NCBI GenBank assembly: GCA_951406725.2
Contig: OX597814.1
Span: 1,116,001-1,180,000 of the forward strand
DNA from: Octopus vulgaris
Lineage: Eukaryota
Direction of reading: 5' to 3'
DNA length: 64,000 nucleotides
Shown: positions 53,075 through 64,000 of the stretch, in pieces
How the letters are laid out: the number at the start of each line of letters is the position of its first letter
How positions within the stretch are numbered: the stretch's first letter is position 1
Made by a program: the position numbers and the translations under genes
Notes under the pieces: model-generated
What the model saw: only the letters and a program-made list of their open reading frames with translations
Database searches by the model: none
Told to the model about the DNA's origin: nothing

Positions 53075-53243
53075 GATTTACTGCTGTCCACCCTAACAGG
53101 GATTGTTGAAAACTATAGAGTGTCACCAACTCATTATGTCCAGTTCCCGGTAACGAGACAGGATTCAAGCAACTCTAATTACAACGGCAGCAGCAGCATC
53201 AACAGCAGCAGCAAACACAAGATGGAGTCTGGCTGTGATAATG
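53075..53243 (+). CDS. LYST: LYST exon (169 bp, phase 0 to 1): DLLLSTLTGIVENYRVSPTHYVQFP...GCDN
   Basis: Acceptor ctctgtcag and donor ATG|gtattt; a phase-1 end is needed for exon 55706. A possible alternative donor CCG|gtaacg lies at 53149. Confidence 0.82.
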
Positions 53244-54685
53244 GTATTTTATCTCTCCTTTTTTTTCATTTTTTCATTATTTATTTTGTTAATTTATTTT
53301 TGTCTTCTTCACTTTTCCTCACAACAATATTTCAAGAAATCATGAAGGCAATATTTAGGTGGCATTTTCTCCAGTGTGAAAGCAATTGGCCTGGTGGTTA
53401 GGGTGTTGCACTCCTGATTGCTAGACCATGGGTTCAATCCCTGGACCGGATGGTGCATTGTGTTCTTGAGCAAAACCCTTCATGTCACATTGCTCCAGTC
53501 CATTCAGCTGTGAATGGATAACCACCCTGCGATGGAAAACTCTTCTAATCATGGGGAATGTTGGCCACCCCACCTAGCCAGTGGAGTGGCGTCATTCAAG
53601 AGCTAAAACAGTGTGAAGCACATTGTGCCCATACATGTGTCGGTCATTGCCTGTGCTGCCTGACTGGCTCCCCGTGCTAGTGGCATGTAAAAAGCACGAT
53701 CTGAACGTGGTCGATACCAGCTTGACTGGCTCCCGTGCCAGTGGTACATAAAAAATACCACCAAACATGGTCAGTACCTGACCCCCTCACCTAGACTGGC
53801 TCCTGTTGCCAGTGGAATGTAAAAAGCACCATCCAAACGTGACTGATGCTAGCTTGACTGGCTCCCATGCCACTAGCACGTAAAAAGCATCATCTGAATA
53901 TGGTCAATGCCATCCCCCTTGCCCTGTCTGTCTCCTGTGCCAGTAGCATGTAAAAAGCACCCACTACACTCTCGGAGTGGTTGGCGTTAGGAAGGGCATC
54001 CAGCAGTAGAAACACTGCCAGATCAGACTGGAACCTGGTGCAGCCTCCTGGCTTGCCAGTCCCCAGTCAAACCGTCCAACCCATGCCAGCATAGAAAACG
54101 GACGTTAAACGACGATGATGTATAACAACATCATAATAGTATGGCCAATACCATAACTTTCTCCAGTAATAGTTGTTGTAATGTTTCCCAATAGGGTATG
54201 TAGCTTGGAGATGAAGGATGCTCTCCCAGTTGAGCTGCTATTTTTCTGCATTGAAAGGTCACAACTCTGGTACTGCGGACATGGGAGTAGAATGCCATAG
54301 GGAAGAATTGCAAGACAAATTCTTCAAGCTGACCGAACCAGTTGAAAACCTAGGGGTAGACCAAGAACGCAGTGGTTGGACAATGTCCGCAGTCTGAGTT
54401 GCTTGGGAATCTGCTACGAAAATGCAATGACTTGCTTTGGTTAGAATCCTATGCAGGAGGGACCTGAAGACTCTACCCCTTCTCAGAACCCTCCACTAGA
54501 GTAAAATAGTAATAAAGGGGCTCCTTAGATAGAAAAATGGTTGAGAATCATTGATCTGTGGAGTTCATCTGTCTGCTAGAAATAGTAGCCAAATCTTCCT
54601 CAAATCGAATAGCACCTTACTGCTTTAAACAATGTTGGATAAATTGCATGATGTAGTCCAAGATATATTAAATCTTAAAAAAAAA

Positions 54686-55716
54686 ATGAGATGGTCATGG
54701 TTGGACTACTCTCCCTCTTAAGTCAGCTGGATCAGCACAGACCCTATCTCACCCCCTGCCCACACCTTGTTACCATTGTTCACCCTACAATTCTTTTCCA
54801 GATGTTCACCAAAGATGAGATGGTCATGGTTGGACTACTCTCCCTCTTAAGTCAGCTGGATCAGCACAGACCCTATCTCATCCCCTGCCCACACCTTGTT
54901 ACCATTGTTCACCCTACAATTCTTTTCCAGATGTTCACCAAAGATGAGAGGGTCGTGGTTGGACTACTCTCCCTCTTAAGTCAGCTGGATCAGCACAGAC
55001 CCTATCTCATCCCCTGCCCACACCTTGTTACCATTGTTCACCCTGCAATTCTTTTCCAGATGTTCACCAAAGATGAGAGGGTCGTGGTTGGACTACTCTC
55101 CCTCTTAAGTCAGCTGGATCAGCACAGACCCTATCTCATCCCCTGCCCACACCTTGTTACCATTGTTCACCCTGCAATTCTTTTCCAGATGTTCACCAAA
55201 GATGAGAGGGTCGTGGTTGGACTACTCTCCCTCTTAAGTCAGCTGGATCAGCACAGACCCTATCTCATCCCCTGCCCACACCTTGTTACCATTGTTCACC
55301 CTGCAATTCTTTTCCAGATGTTCACCAAAGATGAGAGGGTCGTGGTTGGACTACTCTCCCTCTTAAGTCAGCTGGATCAGCACAGACCCTATCTCATCCC
55401 CTGCCCACACCTTGTTACCATTGTTCACCCTGCAATTCTTTTCCAGATGTTCACCAAAGATGAGAGGGTCGTGGTTGGACTACTCTCCCTCTTAAGTCAG
55501 CTGGATCAGCACAGACCCTATCTCATCCCCTGCCCACACCTTGTTACCATTGTTCACCCTGCAATTCTTTTCCAGATGTTCACCAAAGATGAGAGGGTCG
55601 TGGTTGGACTACTCTCCCTCTTAAGTCAGCTGGATCAGCACAGACCCTATCTCATCCCCTGCCCACACCTTGTTAACCATTGTTCACCCTACAATTCTTT
55701 TCCAGATGTCCACCCT
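54686..55716 (+). repeat. 129-bp tandem array (about 8 units) duplicating the LYST 3' splice acceptor
   Basis: Near-identical units. AG acceptors end at 54801, 54930, 55059, 55188, 55317, 55446, 55575 and 55705. The array gives a 43-aa repeat in ORF 54691-56175. Confidence 0.97.
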
Positions 55717-55909
55717 GGCAGCAGTCCAAAGGTGATCAGTCTAGCACCAGTCACAATGCAAGTGTCCAATCTATTACCGTGGCCACCCTACCAGAATGGC
55801 TTCAGTGTGTCACTATGGTTACAGCTTGGCGACGAGGTTCTACCTGACCAATGGATTCCAGGAACCAGATCGAAGGAGAAGATGATGCAGGATTCGACGG
55901 ACATGTTTG
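55706..55909 (+). CDS. LYST: LYST exon (204 bp, phase 1 to 1): DVHPGSSPK...WPPYQNGFSVSLWLQL...DMF
   Basis: Last acceptor of the 129-bp array (ttcttttccag) and donor G|gtgagt. WPP..GFSVSLW marks the start of the ConA-like domain of BEACH proteins. Confidence 0.88.
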
Positions 55910-56341
55910 GTGAGTCAATAGAGCAACCTCATTCTCTTCTTCTGGTTTATCATCATTGTCATCATCACCATCATCGTCATCATAGTCATCATCATCACTG
56001 TCACTCTTTTCAGTTCTCTCCAAGAAAGGTTTTGCATTTCTGTTCGGTGGCACGTTCAAAGCACCAACCGATCGTGGCCGATGCCAGACTCCCCTGGCAC
56101 CTGTGCCGGTGGCACGTAAAAAGCACCCACTACACTCGTGGAGTGGTTGGCATTAGGAAGGGCATCCAGCTGTAGAAACACTGCCAGATCAGACTGGAGC
56201 CTGGTGCAGCCTTCTGGCTTCCCAGACCCCGGTCGAACCGTCCAACCCATGCTAGCATGGAAAACGGACGTTAAACGATGATGATGAATTTTCTTACATT
56301 TTACCAAAATTCAATTTCCAAATGTTTTCTTAATTCTTCAG

Positions 56342-56507
56342 ACAATGGTGACCACCACAAGACCTGGTTGAGGTCGAATCTATCTCATCAGACCCCTGAT
56401 GCAGCTTCTTACATTAGCAACGAATGTCTACACATTTTCTCTGTAGGCACAGAAGAAAAGATGTTTGAGATATGGGCTGACCCCTGCATTGGAACCCTTG
56501 TTGTCAG
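56342..56507 (+). CDS. LYST: LYST exon (166 bp, phase 1 to 2): DNGDHH...CLHIFSVGTEEKMFEIWADPCIGTLVV
   Basis: Acceptor aattcttcag and donor CAG|gtttgt; contains the WADP motif. Confidence 0.88.
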
Positions 56508-56609
56508 GTTTGTTTCTCACTTTCTGTTGTTTTTTTTCAGTTACTAAGTCTGGTTATTCATGATGCCTTCAATATAATGCCAGCATCATCATCGTTTTTG
56601 TTAGCCTTG

Positions 56610-56877
56610 GGCCTCATGGAGGCAAAGTGGCTGAGTTCCTTTCGAGTGTTGAGCCTCATGGAGGCAAAGTGGCTGAGTTCCTTTCGAGTGTTGAGCCTCA
56701 TGGAGGCAAAGTGCCTGAGTTCCTTTTGAGTGTTGAGCCTCATGGAGGCAAAGTGGCTGAGTTCCTTTTGAGTGTTGAGCCTCATGGAGGCAAAGTGCCT
56801 GAGTTCCTTTCGAGTGTTGGGCCTCACGGAAGCAAAGTGGCTGAGTTTCTTTCGAGTGTTGAGCCTCACGGAGGCAA
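56610..56877 (+). repeat. 42-bp minisatellite (about 6.5 units)
   Basis: Unit gttgagcctcatggaggcaaagtggctgagttcctttcgagt. Confidence 0.9.
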
Positions 56878-57964
56878 TGACCGAGACCTTTGGCATTATG
56901 TCATGCTTGAGAAGAAGACCCATCAAGCTGAGCAAAATCGCAGTCGTGGCAGATACTGGTGCCACTCAAATGGCACCTGTGCTGTGGCACGTAAAAGCAC
57001 CCATTACACTCTAGGGGTGATTGGCATTAAGAAGGGCATCCAGCTGTAGAAAACCATGCCAAATCAGAAGGAGTCTGGTGCAACCTTCCAGCTTGCCAGC
57101 CATGGTCAAACCATTCAACCCATGCCAGCATGGACAACAGATACTAAATGATGATGATGATGATTCATTTTCCATGTTTGCATGCATTGGGGGCAGAGTT
57201 CATCATAGAGGTGGATTTTCTACCCCTGGATGTCCTTCCTGTTGCCAAAGTAATGTTTTTCCCATGTCTAGACACATTTTTCAAAGAAAACTGGAAACAA
57301 CAAAGAAGACTGCAAATAAGATCGCTTGTATGACAAGGACGTTCATTTACAACCATCACATGATGTCAAGACAAGGACGGACACACACACACACACACAC
57401 ACTAATACTGAACTGTGAGAATGAGTGTTCAACACCACGTTGGTAGATAAATACTCACAAGGCTTTGGTCGGCTCGAGGCTATAGTAGAAGACACTTGCC
57501 CAAGGTGCCACGCAGTGGGACTGAACCAGGAACCATGTGGTTGGGAAGCAAGCTAATTACTAACAGCCACTCCTGCACCTGATGTCAACTTTGACATGGT
57601 TCCTACAGCTGGGAGACCTTCCTAATACCAACCGCTTTACACATTGTATTGGGTGCACTTTTTGTGACACCAGCACTGGGGAGGTCACCAATTAACTTGT
57701 AAGACAGAAAATAACCGGAAAGAGAAAAGCCTCTGTATCTAAGCAGGTGGGTGGGTATTTGAGAGTGGGCTGGGGAGGTGGTTTTTATGTCCGATGTTGA
57801 GAGGCTAAAGTATGACTGAAGGACAGGAATGGGTGTCTTGCTGCAGAGAAGATACCTGTCACTCATTCACTCCAGTTTTAATCACTGTTTGTCGAAATAT
57901 CAAAGACATAACAATTGACACTCCCTTCCCCCTCCACATATATATTTATATTTTATTTGAACAT

Positions 57965-58631
57965 TGGGCTTCATAGTGGCAATGACAGGAGACCGGGACC
58001 TTTGGAGATACGCTGTGATTGAGAAGACCCAGCAACTAAAGTGAGATCGCAACCAGGCATGTCCAGCCCTGTTAAGAATACCCCTGATGCATCAGGTGAT
58101 ATGATATACTTGAGAAGACCTGTTGAGTCGAGTAAAACCAATATTGTAGCTGTGGCCAGTGCCCCCTGACTGGCTACCGTGCCATTGGCATGTAAAAAGC
58201 ACCATCCAAATGTGGTCGATGCCAGGTCCACCTGACTTGCTCCTGTGCCAGTAGCAAGTAAAAAGTACCAACTGAACCATGGCCAATGCCAGTACCCCCA
58301 GACTGGCTCCTGTGTCGGTGGCCTGTAAAAAGCACCTTCCAAATGTTTGTTGATACCAGGTCTGCCTGCCTGGCTCTCGTACTAGTGGCACGTAAAAAGC
58401 ACCATCCGAACTTGATCAATGCCAGGTCCACCTGACTGGCTTTTGTGCCAGTGGCACATAAAAAGCACCTACTACACTCTTGGAGTGGTTGGTGTTAGGA
58501 AGGGCATCCAGCTGTACAAACCTTGCCAGATCAGATTGGAACCTGGTGCAGCCGCTGGCTCTTGAGACCTCAGTCAAACCATCCAACCCATGCCAGCATG
58601 GAAAACAGACGTTAAACGAGGATGCTGATGT
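57965..58631 (+). mobile_element. RTE-LINE 3'-UTR-derived repeat with internal ~60-bp minisatellite and (GAT)n tail (representative of many copies)
   Basis: Shares ggcaatgac...gagaagacc with the RTE fragment at 48010-48430 and ends ...catgccagcatggaaaacagacgttaaac(gat)n. Copies include 1198-1620(-), 12375-12965, 16725-17190, 43835-44170, 53640-54120 and 56590-57163. Confidence 0.8.
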
Positions 58632-58791
58632 CATGTTACATCTATGGAAGAACTTTTGATCACTTGGGACTGCTGGACAAATAAATGAATTAAGCTGACC
58701 TTTGGCAATGATTTATCCTGGAATTATGGGATTCCAACAGTTTGCTGCTGCTGCTACTTTTAATAGTATTTTTTTTTTTTTTTAATTTCAG

Positions 58792-58927
58792 GTTAACTAG
58801 TTTGGTGTCAGGTAGTACAGTCATCCTGAAAGAATGTTCTGCTCCAAGCTTACTCAACACGAATCGGTGGCACCACTTGATATTGCAGTATCGTGAAGTC
58901 CTTGATGAAAACATCCTGTCAGGAAAG
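58792..58927 (+). CDS. LYST: LYST exon (136 bp, phase 2 to 0): RLTSLV...NRWHHLILQY...SGK
   Basis: Poly-T acceptor aatttcag and donor AAG|gtaaga; WHHL lectin-domain motif. Confidence 0.9.
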
Positions 58928-59094
58928 GTAAGAACTGTCTGTCGGCACCTCTTTGAAAGTTTTACTCAAGACACTCGCCTCACCTGAAGGCATTCTTCCC
59001 ATCTGATGACAGTTACCTGGTCTGAAGACTCTTGCCTTGCCTGACTAAACACATTTGTTTTAACTGACTTACCTGTATGTTGTATCTGTTTCAG

Positions 59095-59269
59095 GTTTCC
59101 ATTGTGCTGGATGGCTGGTGGTCTCAGGAAATGGTATTGGATCATTCCAGAGACATTCGTATGACCCAGCTAGAACCGACTGTCTACTTGGGACACACAA
59201 GGAATTACAGGAACCATTTGCTTAATCGCAAGAAGTCTTGGTATCTTGGTCCACTCATGCTTTTTAAAG
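59095..59269 (+). CDS. LYST: LYST exon (175 bp, phase 0 to 1): VSIVLDG...WYLGPLMLFK
   Basis: Acceptor ctgtttcag and donor AAAG|gtactc. Confidence 0.9.
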
Positions 59270-59389
59270 GTACTCTTGTTGTTCTTGTCTTAAAAGATCT
59301 GCTTCCATCTCTGATCTCTTCACCTTAACTGCTCTCCTCTTCTCTAAAAATGTTGTCTGAATTCTTTTATTATTTCTCTCATTCTTCAG

Positions 59390-59583
59390 GTGCTAACTTA
59401 TCCCAAGAGATCTGCTTTCATCTCCATGCTCTTGGCCCCAACTGTTCCTCAATCAGCAAGTGTGACTGTTCTGAGCAGGCGGCATCTTATATTCCTCAAC
59501 TGTTCAAGAATGTTGTTTGTTTCTCTGGAGTTTCCACAGACACTTTGGTTGGCATCAATCAAGTAAATCTGGACACTGCTAGA
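59390..59583 (+). CDS. LYST: LYST exon (194 bp, phase 1 to 0): GANLSQEICFHLHALGPN...DTAR
   Basis: Acceptor attcttcag and donor AGA|gtaagt. Confidence 0.9.
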
Positions 59584-60408
59584 GTAAGTTCCTTTGATGA
59601 TTCTTGTGTTCAAAAAATTCCTATTTTCTTAAATCTACAAAGACTTCTTCCAAGATGCAGTCTCTCCCTTGTCACCACTTCCTTAAAGTTGCCTAGTTTC
59701 TCCATAACTTCAATATCTAATGTCTTAACAGCAGCAGCAGCAGTGCAGGCGCAGTTGGAGGATCGCGGTTTCGATTCCCAGACCGGGCGTTGTGTGTGTT
59801 TATTGAGCGAAAACACCCACAGCTCCACAAGGCTCCGGCAAGGGGGGGGGCGACCCCTGTTGTACTCTTTCACCACAACTTTCTCTCACTCTTTCTTCTT
59901 GCTTCTTATCCCCGACTTCCTATGCAACCGCTGAGCCTGGATGCGCATTCATCCATCCGTCGATGCTCTCGGTGTCGGGGGTTGACCTGCTTTCTCTTCT
60001 GTGGGTCTTACGAATAGCAAAGGACCACGTTTCGGACTTCTCCCACTACACTGGGACGAAGACCGCTTTGCCCAACAAACAAACAAGCAATAGCAGTTGT
60101 TACAAGATCTAAATCACAGCAACATACTTTGGAGGAGAAAAACAGGGTGTATTAAAGAGTGAGGTAAAACATGAACTTTGGTTTTGGAAGTATCATTGTT
60201 GTAATGTCTGCTTTTCCATGCTTGCAAGAGTCAAATGGAATTCATTGAGGCAGATTTTTTTGTGGCTGGGTGCCCTTCCTGTCACCAACCCTCGCCTGTT
60301 TCCAAGGAAGGTAAAATTTCCCTCCATGGCCAGACATGTGTTCATGGAAGATTGGAAATGGACACCACATGCATGACCTTGATGCTCATTTCCATCTATC
60401 ACACGTAC

Positions 60409-60446
<38 letters not shown>

Positions 60447-60938
60447 CATTATCATCGGTTAATGTCCATTTTCCATGCTGGCATGGGTTGGACAGTTTGA
60501 CTGAAGACTGGTAAGCCAGGAGGCTGCACAAGGCTCCAATCTGATCTGGCAAGCTTTCTACAGCTCGATGCCCTTCCTAATGCCAACCACTCCGAGAATA
60601 TAGTGGGTGCTTTTACATGCTACTGGCATGAGGGTCAGTCAAGTGGCACTGGCATCTACCATGCTTAAACTGTGCTTTTTATGTGCCACGGGTATGGGAA
60701 CCAGTCAGGCGGTACTAGCATCGACCACGCTCAAATGGTGCTTTTTACATGTCACCAGCACAGGAGCCAGTCAGGTGGCACTGAGATTGACCATGTATAT
60801 ATATATATAAAGCTTTGTTCAGGATAGCATTGAAGCAATACTGTTTAATGTCCCGGTAATTATTCTGTTCTACCATGTTGTTGCTGTCATTCCTTGCTTC
60901 TTTGATTCTAATTCTGGAATTTCTTTCCGTTTCCACAG

Positions 60939-61214
60939 AACAACCTAATTCTAATCTACAACCCACAACACCCGAAATTGTTTAGCCTTTACTGTGCTGG
61001 TGGATCATCCCAGCTTCCAAACTCCCTCGGGCTCACCCTTGGAATATTGCCACCTTCCATGATCCAGTCCAGGGATCTCCTTGAACAACATCCATTGGTT
61101 GTACCGGTCAAGGTGGCACCATCCCTGGAGATTTTGGCTTGCTTCAAGAACTGTCTGGAACAATCAGCTGAAGAAATGGGAGGAATAAACGTATTTATGT
61201 TCCTTGTTGCAAAG
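60939..61214 (+). CDS. LYST: LYST exon (276 bp, phase 0 to 0): NNLILIYNP...EEMGGINVFMFLVAK
   Basis: Acceptor tttccacag and donor AAG|gtgagt; conserved GG...F.FL.A motif. Confidence 0.9.
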
Positions 61215-61350
61215 GTGAGTATGCGGGGGAAAGTGGACTGGTCCATGTAGAGAGGTGGGGGTGTAGAAGAATGAACAAATGTGTTGAGTGGAGCAGTGGA
61301 AGAGAATGGACAAATTGATGTAGAGAGATATATAGGATGGTTGATGCGTA

Positions 61351-62128
61351 GCTCCCTATTTTAAAATACTTATAAATTATTTATTAATTAAAATTTTTTT
61401 CTCATTTTTTTTCTTTGTATTTGTTTTTTGAGGTATGAGAATTTATTCTTTAATTATCGAAATCGATCAAAAATCAATGGAATTTGTTGTTGTGATACCA
61501 GTGCTGGTGGCACGTAAAAGAACCATCCGAACGTGGCCGCTGCCAGCGCCGCCTTGACTGGCCTCCATGCTGGTGGCACGTAAAAAGCACCAACCGATTG
61601 TGGTCGTTACCAGCCTTGCCTGGCACATAAAAAGCACCCACTACACTCTCAGAGTGGTTGGCATTAGGAAGGGCATCCAGCTGTAGAAACACTGCCAGAT
61701 CAGACTGGGCCTGGTGCAGCCTCATGGAAAGCGGACGTTAAACGATGATGATGATGATGATGATGATATATTGCTCTTATCATTCACAAATGACCGAATG
61801 CCCGCTTACCCAGGAGATGGACGCGTCATTGTTGTCCGCATGAATGGTCAGCCAAAATGGTTAAAGAAACAAGTCTGCCGTACCAAACGAAAGACTTTGG
61901 AAGAACTTGAAGGGCGAATACGAGAAGTTATAAGTCTTTCCATCACATCGGAGTTCCTGGTGCAATCAGTTGATGCAATTCCTGGGAGACTCAAAAAGCT
62001 GGTGGCGACATCTGGAGCCCATATCGAATTTTAAATAAAACCCCATACTAAAAGCTTTCTTCTCATATCCATTTTCTCGTAAAAATTACAATTAATAAAT
62101 AATTTATAAGTATTTTAAAATAGGGAGT
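61351..62128 (+). mobile_element. Internally deleted Tc1/mariner-superfamily element with a nested RTE-tail repeat (about 61460-61768)
   Basis: TIRs of about 38 bp (CTCCCTATTTTAAAATACTTATAAATTATTTATTAATT) with TA flanks. C-terminal transposase remnant WLKKQVCRTKRKTLEELEGRI...RLKKLVATSGAHIEF. Confidence 0.8.
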
Positions 62129-62749
62129 TACTTTCCAGTTGCCCTGTAGAGAGAATGGACTGGTCCATATTGAGAGGTGTGGAGAGAATGAACTGGTTCT
62201 TGTGCAGAGTAGGTGTGAAGAAAATGGATTGGTCTATGTAGAGGGGTGCAAAGAGAGTGGATTAGTCCATATCGAGAGACCGTGTGAAGAGGATGAGCTG
62301 ATCCATTTAGAGAGGAATTGTGGAGAGAATGGTAAAAGAGAATGGATTTAGGATCGGACCAGTACATCATTGCAGCAGACTGTTCCAGTGATTGTTATGT
62401 ATTATTTGGATAATAGGCAGCAAAAACCTCCCACATTTTACAGGTTAACAAACGTTTTTAACTGCAAACTCTTGGTGTGCCCCAGTTCAAACCATGATGG
62501 TGACTGAAAAATAAATGGTAAAACATCAGCTACATGAAGACCCCGTTACATACCATTAACCTCTCTGGCATCAAAACAATGGCTGTGTAAAATAGGGGAG
62601 GTTTTTCTGCCGCACTCTCTCTCTTCTGCTATTCTTACCATTATCATGGCCCTTTCAACAAACCCCTCCACAGGTACTACTACCATCACCACCATCCCCA
62701 TCACAACTGCCTTGCCTACCATCCTCGCCACCAATCATCACTACCACCA

Positions 62750-62796
<47 letters not shown>

Positions 62797-62919
62797 TCAC
62801 CATCCCCATCACAACTGCCTCGCCTACCATCCTCACCACCAATCATCAGCACTACCACCACCACCACCACCACCACTGTATATGAACTACCACTGTGGCT
62901 TTATTTTATATAATTACAG

Positions 62920-63147
62920 GTATTTGAAAAGTGCCGGCTCCCTTCAGATGACAGCGATCAGGGATTGAACTTGTTACAGATGCGGCAAGACATGGAAAAA
63001 CTGCAGGCGTCAGCCCTAAACCTTCTGTTCCAAATGATCAAACAAGTACCGTCAATGTGTCTGCAGTATATGGAATCTCAAGGAGATCGGATGATTTCCA
63101 GAGTCTTGGAAACTTCAAGAAGTTTAATTTCTTTCCGTATTTTAAAG
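62920..63147 (+). CDS. LYST: LYST exon (228 bp, phase 0 to 0): VFEKCRL...LQASALNLLF...RILK
   Basis: Acceptor taattacag and donor AAG|gtaatt; in frame with ORF 62965. Confidence 0.88.
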
Positions 63148-63831
63148 GTAATTAGCTTAATGGGTTTTAATTAATTTGTTAATTAGTTCTTCTGGTGAAA
63201 GTGGTGCTTATTTAACCCTTGGTTAGGCCTCAATGAGCAGGCTTTGATCAGATACATTCCAGCAGTGACCATCATGTCCTTTGGATCAGACATTGTTTAT
63301 CTGGTACCAAGATATCTAATGTAACCTCCCTCTCATTAAGATGATAGAAAGTGATATAAAGGAAATTTGACTGCCATTTCTAGCAGGTTGGGTGGTTGCA
63401 TAATCTTGTGGGTTTTTTAGCCCCTGGTTAGCCTTTTATGACCGCCACAAGATCCAGTCCTTGTTGTGATATGATGACTGGCATGCTTCAGTGACCTAGA
63501 GAGCCATGCTATGGGAGTGCAGGTCTCTGGTAGGGGTCGCCCATGCTGGACAAGTCAAAGATTAGGGGCCAGACCAATATGGACCACATCTTCTGAGAGT
63601 TTTTGTATAGAGCCAATATCCCCTACCTAGACAATTCAAAGGCAGCAAGGCCTGGTAGATGAGGGGCTTCTCTAAGTGGGAGGCGAGGGTTCTGGGGCAG
63701 AACCGGAAAAGGCTGGATTCAGCTGGAAAGAAGCAGAAAAGATAGCTTAGAGTTGAAGACAGTGGAGAAAGTTGTTGATGGATTATGCTCCACAGGGATC
63801 GAAGGGCTTAAGTACCCCCTTTCAGAAGACC

Positions 63832-63867
<36 letters not shown>

Positions 63868-64000
63868 CGTGGCTGTGTGGTAAGAAGCTTGCTTCCCAAC
63901 CACATGGTTCCAGGTTCATTCCCACTGCATGGCACTTTGGGCAAGTGTCTTCTACTATAGCCTTGGGCTGACCAAAGCCTTGTGAGTAGATTTGGTAGAT

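Larger units (their letters stand above)
10754..63147 (+). other. LYST: LYST-like gene span, partial (15 predicted coding exons; start codon not located, 3' BEACH/WD40 region beyond window)
   Basis: Exons join in frame through GT-AG introns. Translated motifs recall vertebrate LYST from memory: CMKKKHRKCIYTHCFDHHH vs CTRKRHRRCEYSHFMHHH; AGICCC; GYDADSE; ELKLLLRLF; SPTHYVQFP; GFSVSLW; IWADP; WHHL; WYLGPLMLFKG; LHALGPN; EEMGGINVFMFLVAKV. Confidence 0.93.

Noticed and set aside
54686-55716. CRISPR-like array
   Set aside because: Units are contiguous and near-identical with no unique spacers; the context is a eukaryotic intron with no cas genes. The same applies to the 42-bp and 60-bp arrays.
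54691-56175. 494-aa ORF as an independent repeat-protein gene
   Set aside because: It is a composite of the intronic tandem array, a real LYST exon, a (CAT)n intron tract and an RTE tail. It is kept only as a possible alternative-splicing frame.
63420-63830. Possible LINE 5'-UTR remnant
   Set aside because: The resemblance is impressionistic; there is no ORF or second clear copy to support a call.

Overview
Eukaryotic, repeat-dense animal genomic DNA. The repeat repertoire (Nin/Deu-core tRNA SINEs, tRNA-Arg-like SINEs, RTE LINE tails, long microsatellites) suggests an octopus or other coleoid cephalopod; this is an inference. The window holds one partial gene on the + strand: LYST (lysosomal trafficking regulator, Chediak-Higashi/BEACH family). 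I reconstructed 15 coding exons by hand (10754-63147) with GT-AG boundaries and consistent phases. The start codon was not located, and the PH-BEACH-WD40 end lies beyond the window. The introns carry a full-length but frameshifted mariner, an internally deleted Tc1/mariner-type element, an R4/Dong-type RLE LINE fragment in a (TAA)n tract, Penelope GIY-YIG and RTE/L1 fragments, two Helitron-like elements, piggyBac-, Merlin-, hAT- and Tigger-like MITEs, and dozens of SINEs. The most unusual signal is a 129-bp tandem array (54686-55716) that repeats the 3' splice acceptor of a LYST exon eight times. Seven upstream copies hit a stop codon from the normal phase-1 donor but read in frame from a phase-0 donor. 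Only the last copy carries a 1-nt insertion, which creates a TTAAC branch-point motif and joins the repeat ORF to the LYST frame. Most entries in the ORF track are microsatellite or SINE artefacts.
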